64,000 bases of DNA from Squalus acanthias. Taxonomy: Eukaryota. Shown in pieces: positions 26,363 to 40,290 of the stretch; positions within the stretch are counted from its first letter, which is position 1, and the number at the start of each line of letters is the position of its first letter. The stretch is taken from contig CM059431.1 in assembly GCA_030390025.1 (NCBI GenBank), positions 114,082,001 to 114,146,000 on the forward strand, in the 5' to 3' direction. The notes under the pieces were generated by a model. That model was not told the DNA's origin and did no database searches. It saw only the letters and a program-made list of their open reading frames with translations. The position numbers and the translations under genes are program-made.

Positions 26363-27734
26363 TGCTTTTGTGTTAATTTAAACAGTAATGGCTCCTGTCT
26401 TCACCCCAGGAAAGGCTCAGTACTACTCCACCTATTGGTGGGCAGAACAGGGCGAGTGCCACTGATGCACCCTTACAGGCTTGATACACCTGCCCCGGCC
26501 ATGCTAATGATCCTTTCCCATAATTTGGGATGGGATTAACGGCCTTTGCTTCAGGTGGCTGTGGGTTCTGCTGTGCCACACCTGCGCTAGTAGAGCAGGC
26601 CCATCAGAATTTTGGCTCCTTAAATTTTTTTTATAAATTGGTAGCTAACTTTGTGGCTCAAATTTCAGCCACAGACGACGTACAATGGGTTAAATTTTCA
26701 TCTTCAGTCTTGTTCCTGAATTCCCGATAGATGCTCCTGGCAAACAAAACTCTATGCTGGAGCGCTAAAGGCGAATATTTACCCCAGTATGTCAAAAAGA
26801 TGACATTCGGTACTTGGATGGGAGTGTCCTTTTGTGTAGATCACATGGTCTTGCACGCTGCTACTGTGCTATTTAATGTTCAGATGTCCCAATTAAAATG
26901 GGGCAGTTTAAAATCATGGCTCCAAATAGCAGCCATTTATTCACCACCCTACTTGAGATGGAAACTAATACCAGAATATAAGCAGTGACAGCTCGTGTAT
27001 AGTCACATTTTGTGTCTGTGTGTTGCAGGGACATACCAATGCTAACATGAAATACTCTGAATTTTCAGGTAGTTGTGAATTAACTCAAAATAACCCAGTT
27101 TCTGTCACTTCGTGTTATGAATTTGGATCAAAGGCTCATCTCATACTGTTTTGTTTCACAGCTCCATACCTTCTAGATCACGTGTGTGATCCAGTGTATT
27201 AGGTGTTAGCTTTTAAAGAAAGCTTGCATTTTCTGCATCTACCTGGCCTTAAGATCAGAATGGTCAGATAAATTATATCGCCTCCAGACTGCTTGCCCAG
27301 TCAAAGCATTCTATCACTTTCCTGGTTTAGACAAAAAATGCATTATTTGTGATAGCTTCTATTAGCTTCCAGATGTCAGATTACTTTTGATATTTGACAT
27401 GTGAAAATTTAAAGTTGTTTGTCATAAACACTCACCAATTACAAAGATAAACCTACATGAGCATTTGTTTTTTTTATGTATCGGGGTTTAATTCAACTAA
27501 TTTTTTTTGTAGAATAGGATAGACCTTTGTGCATTCAAACCTTATAATAAATTAATTCTATTGTGAATGCTGAGACCATAGCAAAATTATTTATGGCATG
27601 TTTCACAAGTTATGTAATTTGATTATAACGTAAATCATTGGAAGTACAGAAATCTATGAGAGGCAATACCTAGAAGGGCCAGAGGCATTTTTTTTCTGTA
27701 TTGCCTTGAGACTACTTAATTATAATAGAATCAT

Positions 27735-28060
27735 AGAATTAGGCAATGATCTGTGGAGCACACCACTACCCACATCTCATCAATCTAAAAAACATCCATT
27801 TACCCCTACTCATTACTCTCTGCCCCTCAGTCAATACATGTGACTACTTTCCTTTTTAACACCATGCGCTTTAATTTTTTCGCGAGCAGTCTGTTATGGG
27901 GCCACCTTATTAAAAATCTTCTGAAAGTCCATGTATACAGCATTCACTGTATTCCTTTCAACTATAAGCGTTGTGATATCTCCAAAAAATTCAATAGTTA
28001 GTCAAGCGCAACCTGCCTTTTCCAAAACCATCCTAACTGTCCCTGATTAGCCCATGTATT
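27735..28060 (-). mobile_element. Old CR1 RT fragment
   Basis: Degenerate (ctgaaagtccatgta = YMDFQ on -). Confidence 0.55.
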
Positions 28061-28099
28061 TCGCCTGTATTATGGAGTCTATGGCCTAGACTTTCAGGA

Positions 28100-29795
28100 A
28101 CCCTTACACAGTTTACTAAGGAGGTGGATGCTGACAAAATATCGGTAGAAGTGGAAAAAGTAGAAGCAATGGAAGGGGTGAAAATTGATAGACAGGATGT
28201 ACTAGAAAGGCTGGGTAGCTTAGAGTGGACAAGTCGCCTGGTACAGATGGCTTGCATCCCAGGTTGCGAAGGGAAATGGGGGAAGAGATAGCGGAAGGGC
28301 TTGCCATAATTTTCCAATCTTCCCTAGATGCGGGGGAGGTGCCTGAGGATTGGAAAGTGGCAATGTGCCACCATTGTTCAAGAAAGGGTGTAAGGACAAT
28401 CCAAGTAACTACAGGCGGTCAGTTTAACATCAGTGATGGGTAAAGTTTTAGAAACAATAATCAAGGAAAAAATTAACGGGCATTTGGAGAGGTTTAAGCT
28501 AATTAAGGAGAGCCAACACGGATTTGTAAAAGGCAGATCATATTTGACTAATTGAATTTTTTGATGAAGTAACCGAGAGGATTGATGAAGGGAATGCAAT
28601 GGATGTTGTCTACATGGATTTTCGGAAGGCGTTTGACAAAGTACCACATAGAAGGCTGGTTAACAAAATTGAGGCTCATGGAATAGATGGGTCAGTGGCA
28701 GCTTGGATAAGGAATTGGCTTAAGGACAGAAAACAGCGAGTTGTGGTAAATGGCTATTTTTCAGACTGGAGGATGGTAGACAGTGGTGTTCCCCAAGGGT
28801 CAGTGCTGGGGCCACTGCTTTTTTTGATATATATAAATGACCTGGATATTGGATATAGAGTAGAATTTCTAAATTTGCCGATGACACCAAACTTGGGGGT
28901 GTGGCAAACAGTGAAGATGATATCAATTGACTGCAACAGGACGTAGAAAGGCTAGCAGAATGGGCAGACAAGTGGCAGATGGAATTTAATACAGAGAAAT
29001 GTGAGGTGATGCATTTTGGCAAAAGTAACAGGGAGAGGCAATATACACTTAATGGCACAGTTTTAAAGAATGTGCAGGGACAGAGGGACCTGGGAGTTAA
29101 TGTGCATAGGTCCCTGAAGGTGGCAGGGCATATTGAGAGAGTGGTTAGCAAAGCAGTTGGGAATCTTGGTCTTCATAAATAGAGGTATTGAGTACAAAAG
29201 TAGAGAAGTTATGCTGAACCTTTATAAAGTGCTGGTTAGGTCACAACTGGAGTATTGCGTCCAGTTCTGGTCACCACACTTTAGGAAGGGTGTGAAGGCC
29301 CTTGAGAGGGTGCAGAGGAGATTTACCAGAATGGTTCCGGGGATGGGGGATCTTAGCTACAAGGACAGGTTGGAGAAGCTGGATTTGTTTTCATTCGAGC
29401 AAAGGAGGTTGAGGGGTGATTTGATAGAGGTGTACAAGATTATGACAGGTTTGGATAGGCGAGACGGGGAAAGGCTGTTCCCACTAGTTGATGGTACAAG
29501 GACTAGGGGACACAGATTTAAGGTTTTGGGCAAGAGATACAGGGGGGATGTGAGGAAAAACTTTTTTACACAGCGAGTGGTGATGACCTGGAATTCACTG
29601 CCAACGGAAGTGGTGGAAGCGGAGACACTCAATGTTTTCAAGGGTAGACTGGATAGGCACTTCAGGGAAATAAACTTGCAGGACTACGGGGATAGAGCAG
29701 GGAAATGGGACTGACTGGATTGCTCTACAGAGAGCCAGCACGGACTCGATGGGCCGAATGGCCTCCTTCTGTGCCGTTATGACTCTGAATCTATG
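28100..29795 (+). mobile_element. 5'-truncated CR1 LINE (~1.7 kb, frameshifted ORF2)
   Basis: [35 protein letters not shown], ...GDRAGKWD, and a 3' tail. Confidence 0.92.
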
Positions 29796-31442
29796 ACAGG
29801 TTTTTCAGGGTGGTTGAGGCCAGAAAAATGCTTGAGAGCACTCTCTGCCATGAATCTGCTTTCTGCCCCTTCTCCAGAGTCCAGGCCTGATGGCATAAAA
29901 TACGTCCGCACATGTATGAGTAAGCGCAAACAAAACAGATGCAAATGAGGGAAACGTAGCCTGCACCATTGCTCTTGGCATATGTCCTGTTTGAACACTG
30001 GACATAAGGACTGCCCATTTGATCCTGGCAGTGGCAGGTCAGTGGCGCTGTCTTGGATATATAATCAAAGAGAGGCTTGTGCGATGGCTCTCAGCGTGTG
30101 GCCATGCACAGTCCTCACTGGAGGTTCCCTCCAGCATGCAAATGATAACAGGCCAGGGATGTCATCCAGGGTCAGAGAGGCATTTCTGTGATGGGCGGAA
30201 GTCCTGTTTCATGGTAGACATGCCTAAATTGGAAAGACTAAGTCAATAAGTTTGCCCGCAACTGATGCAAGTCTATCTGGCCTGTAATTTCCTGGTTATC
30301 CCTTTTCCTTCTCTTCAACAGGGATGTATATTTGCTGGTTTTACACTCCAGCGATAAGTGGAACTGACCCTCTTTATCTCTAGTCTTTTTCCTTCAATAT
30401 CTTCATTTCTACAGACCCATTTTCGCTTTTCTCTGTAAACACTGAAGCAAAACAGTTATTAACCATGTCTGTCATTCCTACGAGATCAACCTGAATGAGA
30501 TCAACCTCCGACCCATCTTTTGACTATCCTTTTATTCCTTAAGTACTTATAACATACTTTGTTATTTCCATTTTGTAAATTTCTTTAAATTGCCGACAAA
30601 TCTTATCACCAATTTCTTTCCCATATTCAATGGTCTGTAATGAATTAGCAACACGGTAATGGTGCCTTTATTATTTCTTAATTCAATCCAGACACACTCT
30701 GTCTCAGCACTACCACTGCCCTTTCAGGTGGATGCAAAAGATCCCATGGCACTATTCAACAAGAGCAAGGGAGTTCTCCCCGCTGTCCTGGCCAATATTT
30801 ATCCCTCAACCAATATCACTAAAACAGATTTTTTTTTGATTTGTTCATTGGATGTGGGCGTCGCTGGCAAGGCCAGAATTTATTGCCCATCCCTAGTTGC
30901 CCTTGAGAAGGTGGTGGTGAGCCGCCTTCTTGAACCGCTGCAGTCCGTGTGGTGAAGGTACTCCCACAGTGCTGTTAGGGAGGGAGTTCCAGGATTTAGG
31001 AACGGCAATATATTTCCACATCAGGATGGTGTGTGACTTGGAGGGGAACTTGGAGGTGATGGTGTTCCCATGAGCTTGCTGCCCTTGTCCTTCGAAGTGA
31101 TAGAGGTATCGGGTTTGGGAGGTGCTGTCGAAGAAGCCTTGGCGAGTTGCTGCCGTGCATCTTGTAGATGGTACACACTGCAGCTACAGTACGCCGGTGG
31201 TGGAGGGAGTGAATGTTTAAGGTGGTGGATGGAGTGCCAATCAAGCGGGCTGCTTTGTCCTTAATGATGTTGAGCTTCTTGAGTGTTGTTGGAGCTGCAC
31301 TCATCCAGGCAAGTGGAGAGTAATCTATCACACTCCTGACATGTGCCTTGTAGATGGTGGAAAGGCTTTGGGGAGTCAGGAGGTGAGACACTCGCCGCAG
31401 AATACCCAGCCACTGACCTGCTCTTGTAGCCATTGTATTTAT

Positions 31443-33200
31443 AAGAACATAAGAACATAAGAAATAGGTGCAGGAGTAGGCCATTTGGCCCATTGAGCCT
31501 GCTCTGCCATTCAGTAAGATCATGACTGATCTTCTACCTCAACTCCACTTTCCTGCAATATTCCCATATCCCTTGATTCCCTTAATATCCAAAAATCTAT
31601 CGATCTCTGTCTTGAATATACTCAACGACTGAGCCTCCACAGCCCTCTGGAGTAGAGAATTCCAAAGATTCACCACCCTCTGAGTGAAGAAATTTCTCCT
31701 CATCTCAGTCCTAAATGGCTGTCCCCTTATTCTGAGACTGTGACCCCCTGGTTCTAGACTCCCCAGCCAGGGGAAACATCCTCCCTTCATCTACCCTGTC
31801 AAGCCCTGTAAGAATTTTGTATGTTTCAATGAGATCACCTCTCATTCTTCTAAATTCTAGAGAATATAGGCCTAATCTACTCAATCTCTCCTCATAGGAC
31901 AATCTCCCCATCCCAGGAATTAGTCTGGCAAACGTTTGTTGCTCTCTCTCTATGGTAAGTATATCCTTCCTTGGGTAAGGAGACCAAAACTGCACACAAT
32001 ACTCCAGGTGTGGTCTCACTAGGGCCCTATATAATTGCAGTAAGATGTCTTTACTCTTATATTCAAATCCTCTTGTAATATAGGCCAACATACCATTTGC
32101 TTTCCTAATTGCCTGCTCTACCTGCATGTTAACTTTCAGTGATTCTTGTAGAAGGACACCCAGGTCCCTCTGAACACCAACATTTCCCAATCTCTCACCA
32201 TTTAAAAAATACTCTGCTTTTCTATTTTTCCTACCAAAGTGGATAACGTCACATTTCTCCACATTATATTCCATTTTCATGTTCTTGCCCACTCACTGAA
32301 CCTGTCTATATCCCCTTGAAGCGTCTTTGCATCCTCCTCACAACTTACATTCCCACCTAACTTTGTGTCATCAGCAAACTTGGATATATTACATTTGATC
32401 CCCTCATTCAAATCATTGATATAAGAACATAAGAGCATAAGAAATAGGAGCAGGAATAGGCCACTTGGCCCCTCGAGCCTGCTCCGCCATTCAATAAGAT
32501 CTTGGGCTCAAAGTCACTTCCCCATATAGATTGTGAATAGCTGAGGCCCGAGCTCTGATCCTTGCGGTACCCCACTAGTTACAGACTGCCAACCTGAAAA
32601 TGACCCGTTTATTCCTACTCTCTGTTTTCTGTCCGCTAACCAATCCTCAATCCATGCTCAAGTCCCACTCCAGGGACTTGAGCACATAAATCTAGGCTGA
32701 CACTTCAGTGCAGTGCTGAGAGGGTGCTGCACTGTCGGAGGTGCCATCTTTCGGATGAGACGTTAAACCGAGGCCCCGCCTGCTCTCTCAGGTGAACGTA
32801 AATGATCCTGCGGCACTATTTCGAAGAAGAGCAGGGAGTTATTACCTGATGTCCTGGCCAATAGTTATCCCTCAATCAACATAACAAAAACAGATTATCT
32901 GGTCATTATCACATTGCTGTTTGTGGGAGCTTGCTGTGTGCAAATTGGCTGCCGCGTTTCCCACATTACAACAGTGACTACACTCCAAAAAAAAAAGTAC
33001 TTCATTGGCTGTAAAGCGCTTTGAGACGTCCGGTGGTCATGAAAGGCGCTATCTAAATGTAAGTCTTTCTTTCTTTCTTTAGTGTATTACCCCCAATTCC
33101 ATGAGCCCTAATGTTGTGTAATAACATCTTGTGTGGCACCTTATCGAATGCCTTCTGAAAATCCAAATACACCACATCCACTGGTTCCCCCATATCTATT
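31443..33200 (-). mobile_element. CR1 LINE nested in the Crack-like LINE
   Basis: ORFs 31711-32292 and 31539-31790; [14 protein letters not shown] at ~33100-33200; (ttcttatg)n tail. Confidence 0.88.
32657..33079 (+). mobile_element. Deu-SINE nested in CR1
   Basis: Near-complete SINE body from the B box to the tail. Confidence 0.9.
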
Positions 33201-35005
33201 CTGCCGGTCCAGTTAAGTTTCTGGTCAATGGTGACCCCCACGATGTTGATGGTGGGGGATTTGGCAATGGTAATGCCGTTGATTGTCAAGGGGCAGTGGT
33301 TAAACTCTCTCTTGTTGAAGATGGTCATTGTCTGGCACTTGTGTGGTGTGAATGTTACTTGCCACTTATCTGCCCAAGCCTGAATGTCGTCCAGGTCTTG
33401 CTGCATGCAGGCATGGAATGCTTCATTATCTGAAGAGTTGCAAATGGAACTGAACACCGTGCAATCATCAGCGAACATCCCTACTTCTGACATTATGATG
33501 GAGGGAAAGTCATTGATGAAGCAGCTGAAGATGGTTGGGCCTAGGACACTGCCCTGAGGAACTCCTGCAGCGATGTCTTGGGGCTGAGATGATTGGACTC
33601 CAACAACCACAATCAACTTCCTTTGTGTTAGATATGACTCCAGCCAGTTGAGAGTTTTCCTCCTGATTCCCATTGACTTCAATTTTGCTACGGTTCCTTG
33701 ATGCCACACTCGGTCAAATGCTGCCTTGATGTCAAGGGCAGTCACTCTCAGCTCACCTCTGGAATGCAACTCTTTTGTCCATGTTTGGACCAAGGCTGTA
33801 ATGAGGTCTAGAGTTGAGTGGTCCTGGCAGAACCCAAACTGAGCATTGGTGAACAGGTTATTAGTGATAGCACTGTTGCCGACACCTTACATCACTTTGC
33901 TGATGATCGAGAGTAGACTGATGGGACGGTAATTGGCCGGTTTGGACTTGTCCTGCTTTTTGTGGACAGGACATACCTGGGCAGTTTTCCACATTGTCGG
34001 GTAGATGCCAGTGTTGTAGCTGTACTGGAACAGCTTGGCTAGAGGCGCGGCTAGTTCTGGAGCACAATCTTCAGCACGACAGCTGGGTATTGTCAGGGCC
34101 CATAGCCTTTGCTGTATCCAGTGCACTCAGCCATTTCTTGATATCACATGGAGTGAATCGAATTGGCTGAAGACTGGCGTCTGTGATGGTGGTGGCCCCT
34201 GGAGGAAGCCGAGATGGATCATCCACTCGGCACTTCTAGTTGAAGATGGTTGCAAATGCTTTAGCCTTGTCTTTTGCACTTGCGTGCTGGGCTCCACCAT
34301 CATTGAGGATGAGGATATTCATGGAGCCTCCTCCTCCTCCTCCCGTTAGTTGTTTAATTGTCCACCACCATTCATGACTGGATGTGGCAGGACTGCAGAG
34401 CTTTGATCTGATCCATTGGCTGTGGGATCACTTAGCTCTGTCTATAGCATGCTGCTTCCGCTTTTTAGCATGCATGTAGTCCTGTGTTACAGCTTCCCCA
34501 GGTTGGCACCTCATTTTTAGGTATGCCTGGTGCTGCTCCTGGCATTCTCTTCCACACTCCTCATTGAACCATGGTTGGTCCCCTGGCTTGATGGTAATGG
34601 TAGAGTGAGGGATATGCCGGGGCATGAGGTTACAGATTGTGGTGGAATACAATTCTGGTGCTGCTGATGGCCTCATGGACAGCACCTCATGGATGCTCAG
34701 TTTTGGGCTGCTAGATCTGTTCTGAATCTATCCCATTTAGCACAGTGGTAGTGCCACACAACACACTGGAGGGTGTCTTCAGTGTGAAGACGGGACTTCA
34801 TCTCTACAAGGACTGTGCGGTGGTCACTGCTGCCAATGCTTTCATGGACAGATGGATCTGCAACATGTAGATTGGTGAAGATGAGGCCAAGTAGGTTTTT
34901 TCCTTGTGTTGGTTCTCTCTCCACCTGCCGCAGGCCCAGTCTGGAAGCTATGTCCTTCAGGACTCGGCCAGCTCGGTCAGTAGTGGTGCTAACGAGCCAC
35001 TTTTG

Positions 35006-36743
35006 GGACGGAATTTTGCTGGCGCTCAGAGGGCGGATTCAGAGGCGGGTCAGCTGTCAAAATAGAAAAGATTGACAGCGGGTTGGGATCCCTGCTGTCA
35101 ACCCGCTTCCATGTCAGTTTCCTAAGTATCGGGTCTGTCTGCTCTTTACAGTTAAGAGCTTGTAAAAACATACTTAAACAGCATTTTACCATGTACTTAC
35201 CATTTTTTCAGCTTTTTGACGTTTTTCACGGCTCTCAGGGATCACGTTAAGTAAGTAAGTTGGGTTTCCAATGACTCTCCATTGCTGTGAATTGGTGACA
35301 GCTGCAAAAGTGGTATAAAAGCTACCATTTCACAGCTGTTCACTTTCCAATGTTAGAAGCTTGAGCCTTCAGGATTTGGAATACACATTTCAGCTTTATG
35401 CAGGTTGGAAGTGTTTGGAGTAAAGTCTCTAACCACTGTCACCTCCTTGGAGCAGCCTCTCTCACCATTGACAGATCGCTTCTGTCATCTCAACTTCACC
35501 TGCCATTTATTCTAGCAGTTTCGGTATCCTTGAAAAAATTTCACCTTGGTCCTCAGAATCCCACCACGGTAGGCACCAACACCAGCAGCACCAGGCATAC
35601 CAGCAGCACCAACAACAACAACAACACTAAACTTCTCCGCAATCAACTGATGCTGCACAGGACACAGGGTATCAGCACCCTACCACATTGCTGCCCAGGA
35701 GGCCAGGGATGGCCTCACCATGGCCAAATTTACTTCACTTGATGCTGTACACCCTGGCTGCCACATGATGCACCAGGTTGACACCACCCCACATCAAAAC
35801 CATAAAGCATACCTACGATGCCCAAGCCATTCCTTTCACACTCCTCACCATTGCGGGGGGTTACCGTTATGTCTCCCCATTCACTGCAACTCACTAAGCC
35901 ACTTCCAAAGGTGTACACAAATGTGTCCAAGAACACAAAGTGTGGAAAATAAAGATTTCAATGGTTGGCAACACATCAACAGAAACATTTACATGAACAT
36001 TGCCGAAAACACCCAAGTGCCTACCCTTGTGTGTTGTTAGTTGGTATGATTGGACAAGGATGAGGGTGAGTGTGTGGGGTGGCTAGTGAGAAGGGGATGT
36101 GATGATGTAGATAGAGAGAGAGGGAAGGGTGGAGGTGCAAGGTAAGTTGGTATGAGTAAGGATGTGCAGGAGTAGGATGGGGGAAGGCAGAGTGATGGGG
36201 ATGTGATGAGTGGCACACCAGGATGAGGTTGAGTGTGGCTTTGCAGTAACATTTCATGATTGACTGAGATCATTGAAAGGTTTGCGCCACTGCAGCCAGG
36301 TCCTCCCGACGACATCGCTGCTTGTGCCCTCCTGTGCAATGTGCAACCAGGCTGTGTTGGTGTCCTGGGAAGGTCTCTTCCGTCCATTGGAAGGGAAGAG
36401 AACCTCCCTGCGTGCTGTGACTCCCTCCATATGGGTGCAGCCATGCACCTCTGTGCAGTCATTGTCAGTGTTTGCTGCACCTCAATGCTGCAGAACACTG
36501 ACAGCACAACTGTCAAAATGAATGTGGACATGGTCCCTTTAAGGAAACCGGCTGATGACGCATCATCAAATGACGTCATCAGACCTGCTTCCTTTTAATT
36601 GGCCAGGAACCTCACAGGGCGGGCTTAACAAGCCCAATCAGGGCAAAATCACTTCAACAGAGCGGGTGGAACCGGGAGCGGGGTCGCATTCCGCCACCTA
36701 CCTCGGCCGCACTTAGCCTGCCTCGGTGGGTGAAATATCGGCC
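35006..36743 (-). mobile_element. Non-autonomous Harbinger element (1738 bp), inverted relative to 76-2643
   Basis: TIRs ggacggaatttt / gaaatatcggcc; TSD TTG (35003-35005, 36744-36746). The LINE rejoins across it. Myb/SANT relic on -. Confidence 0.88.
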
Positions 36744-37697
36744 TTGGTGATGGACATTGAAGCCCCCCACCCAGCGTACATTCTGTGTATTATCTAGTCA
36801 TTATCTCATTGCTATTTGTGGGACCTTGCTGTGTGCAAATTGGCTGCCGTGTTTCATACATTACAACAGTGACTACATTTCAAAAAAGTACTTCATTGGC
36901 TGTAAAGCACTTTGGGACATCCTGAGGTCATGAAAGGCGCTATATAAATGCAAGTTCTATCTTTTCTTTCTGATGCAGTTAAAGCACATTAATTCCATTT
37001 TGGAACTCACTTTCACAACTGTGTATGGGAAGTATTTTGGCCCTAAAGTTTCTGCTTACTAGAGTTTACGGGGTTAGTGAGATGGCACCTCATTTACATA
37101 GAACAGGCACACACAAGTGCCACTTCGGTCGCATCTCCAGAGCCTGCCTGCCCATGGCTACTGGAAACTCTGCCACCCACACTTGATGGTGGGTTGCCCA
37201 GGTACCCCTCCTCCCACAAACCCAGGACACATTCCCCTCAGCTCCCTTGCTCAGGGAAGCGATCATGAATAATCCAAATAAAAAAACTTACAGCTTTCTT
37301 TGGGGCTGCAGACTGCATCATTAGCCCGCACCACTCTGGTGGATCCACATTAGTCCAAGTAGAGGCTGGTACTTCTCACCTCACTTGGTTTATCAATCTG
37401 CACTGATATGCCAGGTCCCAACTGGAGCCAAAGGATTCTTGGCATAGGGAGTCCCTGCCCCACGTTTCACTCCCAGCCCTTCATTTGCCTTGGAAGGGGC
37501 AGATGGAGCTACCACCCGTTGCAAGGCAAAGAGGAAATTCCTGTAAAATGGAAGAGCCCCAGTCGTTTTCATGCACCATTACACCTTTAGGGCGATGTTT
37601 TAACATCATGCCATCCAATCCACAAGCACAGAGATTTAGCCAAGTCTGGTACAGTTGTTCTTCTTAAATATATCTCATTATGTTGATAAGAAATGTT

Positions 37698-38378
37698 GGG
37701 TGAGAAATTGGCCTCCTTTGTGCCTCCCGTTAGCGCCTCCGGGGGCGTTAATGGGACGCCACTGGCTTTGCGTCTGAGCCCGTGAAATTGACATGGAGTT
37801 TTGCGGTGGCGGCGGTAACCACTAGCGCCACGATCTCCTGCGCCCAGAGATCGTGATGTCATCCGGCTGCGCGACGCCCTGGATCCGAACTTCGGTTCCG
37901 CCCCCTGCAGCATCGCCTGGCGATAACACCGACAGCTGCAGGAGGCGTTGTTCGGGAGGCCGGGCGCTTGGGGAGCGGTATTTAAAGGTAAGGCCGCTTG
38001 TGTCAACAAAAAATTTGTTTTCACCCCTTGGGTTGCTTTTTCAACTTTTCCCTGTGCCGCGATTGATCAGCCCTTCACTCTGTTAGAGTGCTTGGGGCTG
38101 ATCGTCGTGGATCGTGGCTGCCGTCGGCACCGAGGGACATTGATTTAATGCAGAGCCTGCAGCAATGGCCCTTCCCTTTAAGGGAGGGAAGGAGCCTCCG
38201 TTCCCGGCAGCGCTGCCCTTGACATTGGGCAGCGCTGCACTGCCGAACTTCAGTGCTCCAAGGGTAGTGGTAGCGCTTGATGTAGTGCTCCACTTCCTTC
38301 CTGGTGCGCTAAACCCGAAGTTCGCGTCGGATTCACTGGCGTAGCGCCCGGCGCTACTTTTTCGTTAATTTCTCCCCT
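37698..38378. mobile_element. GC-rich Harbinger-type MITE
   Basis: TIRs gggtgagaaatt / aatttctcccct; TSD GTT on both sides. Similar to 47153-47789. Confidence 0.8.
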
Positions 38379-39416
38379 GTTATTTTTCTCCTCACAACCT
38401 ATTGCTTAAAGCAGAACTCCACTATTTCCTATTGAAGCTAAATGAGTTGAAGGATTGCGCTAAAATATCAAGGTCGTGCCATGCGTTGTCAGTGTGATGG
38501 AGCAGGCACAGAGAAATGTTAGGAAGATATACGGATAAGAAATTGCTATAGATTTTACAATAGAAATCTATCTATCCTTGTACATGATCTATCGAACAAA
38601 GTAAACATTGATTTGATCTGACAGTACCATTACCTCTGGAGCAGGAAGTGAAAAAATTATAATGATGTAATATTCCATATGAGTAAATATCACTACTTTG
38701 GTCATTTAAGGGTTAAAGCCATTGATAAAGATCCTCTTTATGCTCTTCAGCCCTCTCTGCCTTTCTTTTTTGTATTTTGCCCCACAGGCTGGTATTGGCA
38801 AATGTATCAAGAGACAGTCCTCCAGCTGAGGCCCCGCAGAAGGCAGTAGAGAGAACCTTGTACACTGGAGAGGGCTCATGGGACCTGAGGCAGATTATTA
38901 TGTTAATATTGGAGTCTGCTGCCCCCTTCCTCTCACAGCTGGGCTCCCCCCTCTGATTAAGTAGCTCTGCGGTAATATTGAAGCAATATGCTTTTTGCAT
39001 TAGAGGTTGAGTACAGAGGGGTAGGAGCACAGCAGCCACCTTCCTGAGAGTAAAAAATGTAACAGCTGGTGTGCTCATCAAATGCAAAATACAGCGACTG
39101 TAGTGGTCACTTCTTCTGAAGTGAACTCTACTTCTCTATTTCCTCGGAGCTATGTAGCACAATTGCTGCAAATTCAGTATATGGAATGGAAAATAATGAA
39201 CCACTCTCGGCTGGAATCATGTGTTTAAAATTACATATGAATAGGTACAAGATGCAATGCTTTATTGCAAAAGTAAAATCACTGAAATCATGCAGAATTA
39301 TGTGCTATTTTTTATTCAATATTATTATTATGATGGCTATGATGTTTCGAACCACAGGTCCTGTACTGGATGAAGGGACTGTAAGGGTCCTAATTGCAGT
39401 ACAGGACCCTATACTG

Positions 39417-39665
39417 CAGTCTCAAGCCAGTTTCTAGTAACGTGAGCCCACAGCTCTAAACTGCCCCTAATTTGGCACTAAATTGGCGATTTCCTTCATT
39501 AAGTCGAGAAGGATGGCTGCTGTGGAAAATGGTTAATGTTACATTGGTACAGTAGGGGGTGCTCTTTTGAGTTTGGGCTAAGATACGTCACTGGAGAGAG
39601 TAGAGGAAGCTTCACTTTGTATCTAACCGGTGCTTTGTCTGACCTGGGGCCACTTGACACGGGGA
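39417..39665 (+). mobile_element. LF-SINE-like ancient SINE remnant
   Basis: The colinear motifs gtctcaagccagtttctagt, ttggcactaaattggc and ggaagcttcact...ccggtgct resemble the LF-SINE body as I recall it; not verified by search. Confidence 0.5.
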
Positions 39666-40104
39666 AATCTGCCCCCAATAACATCAAAGAAAAAGAAAAA
39701 GGGAACATTTCCTGTTACATAATTAAAACACAGCACAATCCTTTTTTTCCTAAGTGTGGTCTGACCCACCTTCTGGTCGCGTAGCATACTGTATGGAGAG
39801 TGCAACGAAATAAACTCCAGAACAGCAATTTAAAAGCTAAGGTACCCAACTTTATAAATGAAAGGGAAATTCTAAAGCTTGTGGCTTTTAAGCGCCTTGG
39901 GATGTTTTACTACTTAAAGGTGCAATATAAAGACAAGTTGTTGTTGTTTTTGTACACGGAAATGAAACTGCACAGAGAAAAATTCTTGTCCTTGTTCACC
40001 TGCTAAGCATACTTCACTGCTCACAGTCACAGTGAAGGATTCCACTTGCAAATAAACAGTAAGCCAGAAGTAAAAAGAAACTCCATGTGTGCTGGAAATT
40101 TTGA

Positions 40105-40290
40105 AATCAAAACAGAAGATGCTGGAAGTGCACAGCAAGTCTGTCCGCATCTGAAAGAGAAAAGGCAGGTTAATGTTTCAAGTGCGACACTTCCTTACAG
40201 GTCATCACAAGTTTTCATGAAGGGTTCCATCTGAAATGTCTTTCTGTTTCAGCTGCCGACTGATGCAATTCTAGCACGTTTGTTCTTTGT
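40105..40290. mobile_element. Old Penelope-like inverted pLTR remnant
   Basis: acagaagatgctgga... and ...tctagcacgtttgttc are degenerate inverted copies of the 43351-type end. Confidence 0.45.

Larger units (their letters stand above)
30831..36788 (-). mobile_element. Crack/L2-like LINE (~2.5 kb own sequence: 30831-31442, ~33200-35005, 36744-36788)
   Basis: RT ORF 33053-33793 ([27 protein letters not shown]). Endonuclease-region peptides (EPTQGKNLLGLIFTN, GGLQCP/GDFNVH-like). Same family as 8083-9220. Confidence 0.88.
30718..36970 (+). mobile_element. Deu-SINE split into 30718-30830 and ~36789-36970 by a nested TE stack
   Basis: aaaacagatt|...|attatctagtcattatc rejoins the SINE sequence seen intact in other copies. 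Confidence 0.75.

Noticed and set aside
38760..38960. Acceptor-like site (ttttgccccacag) followed by a 55-codon open frame; also the exon-like stretch at 54068-54274
   Set aside because: No recognisable protein similarity, no consistent donor or partner exons.
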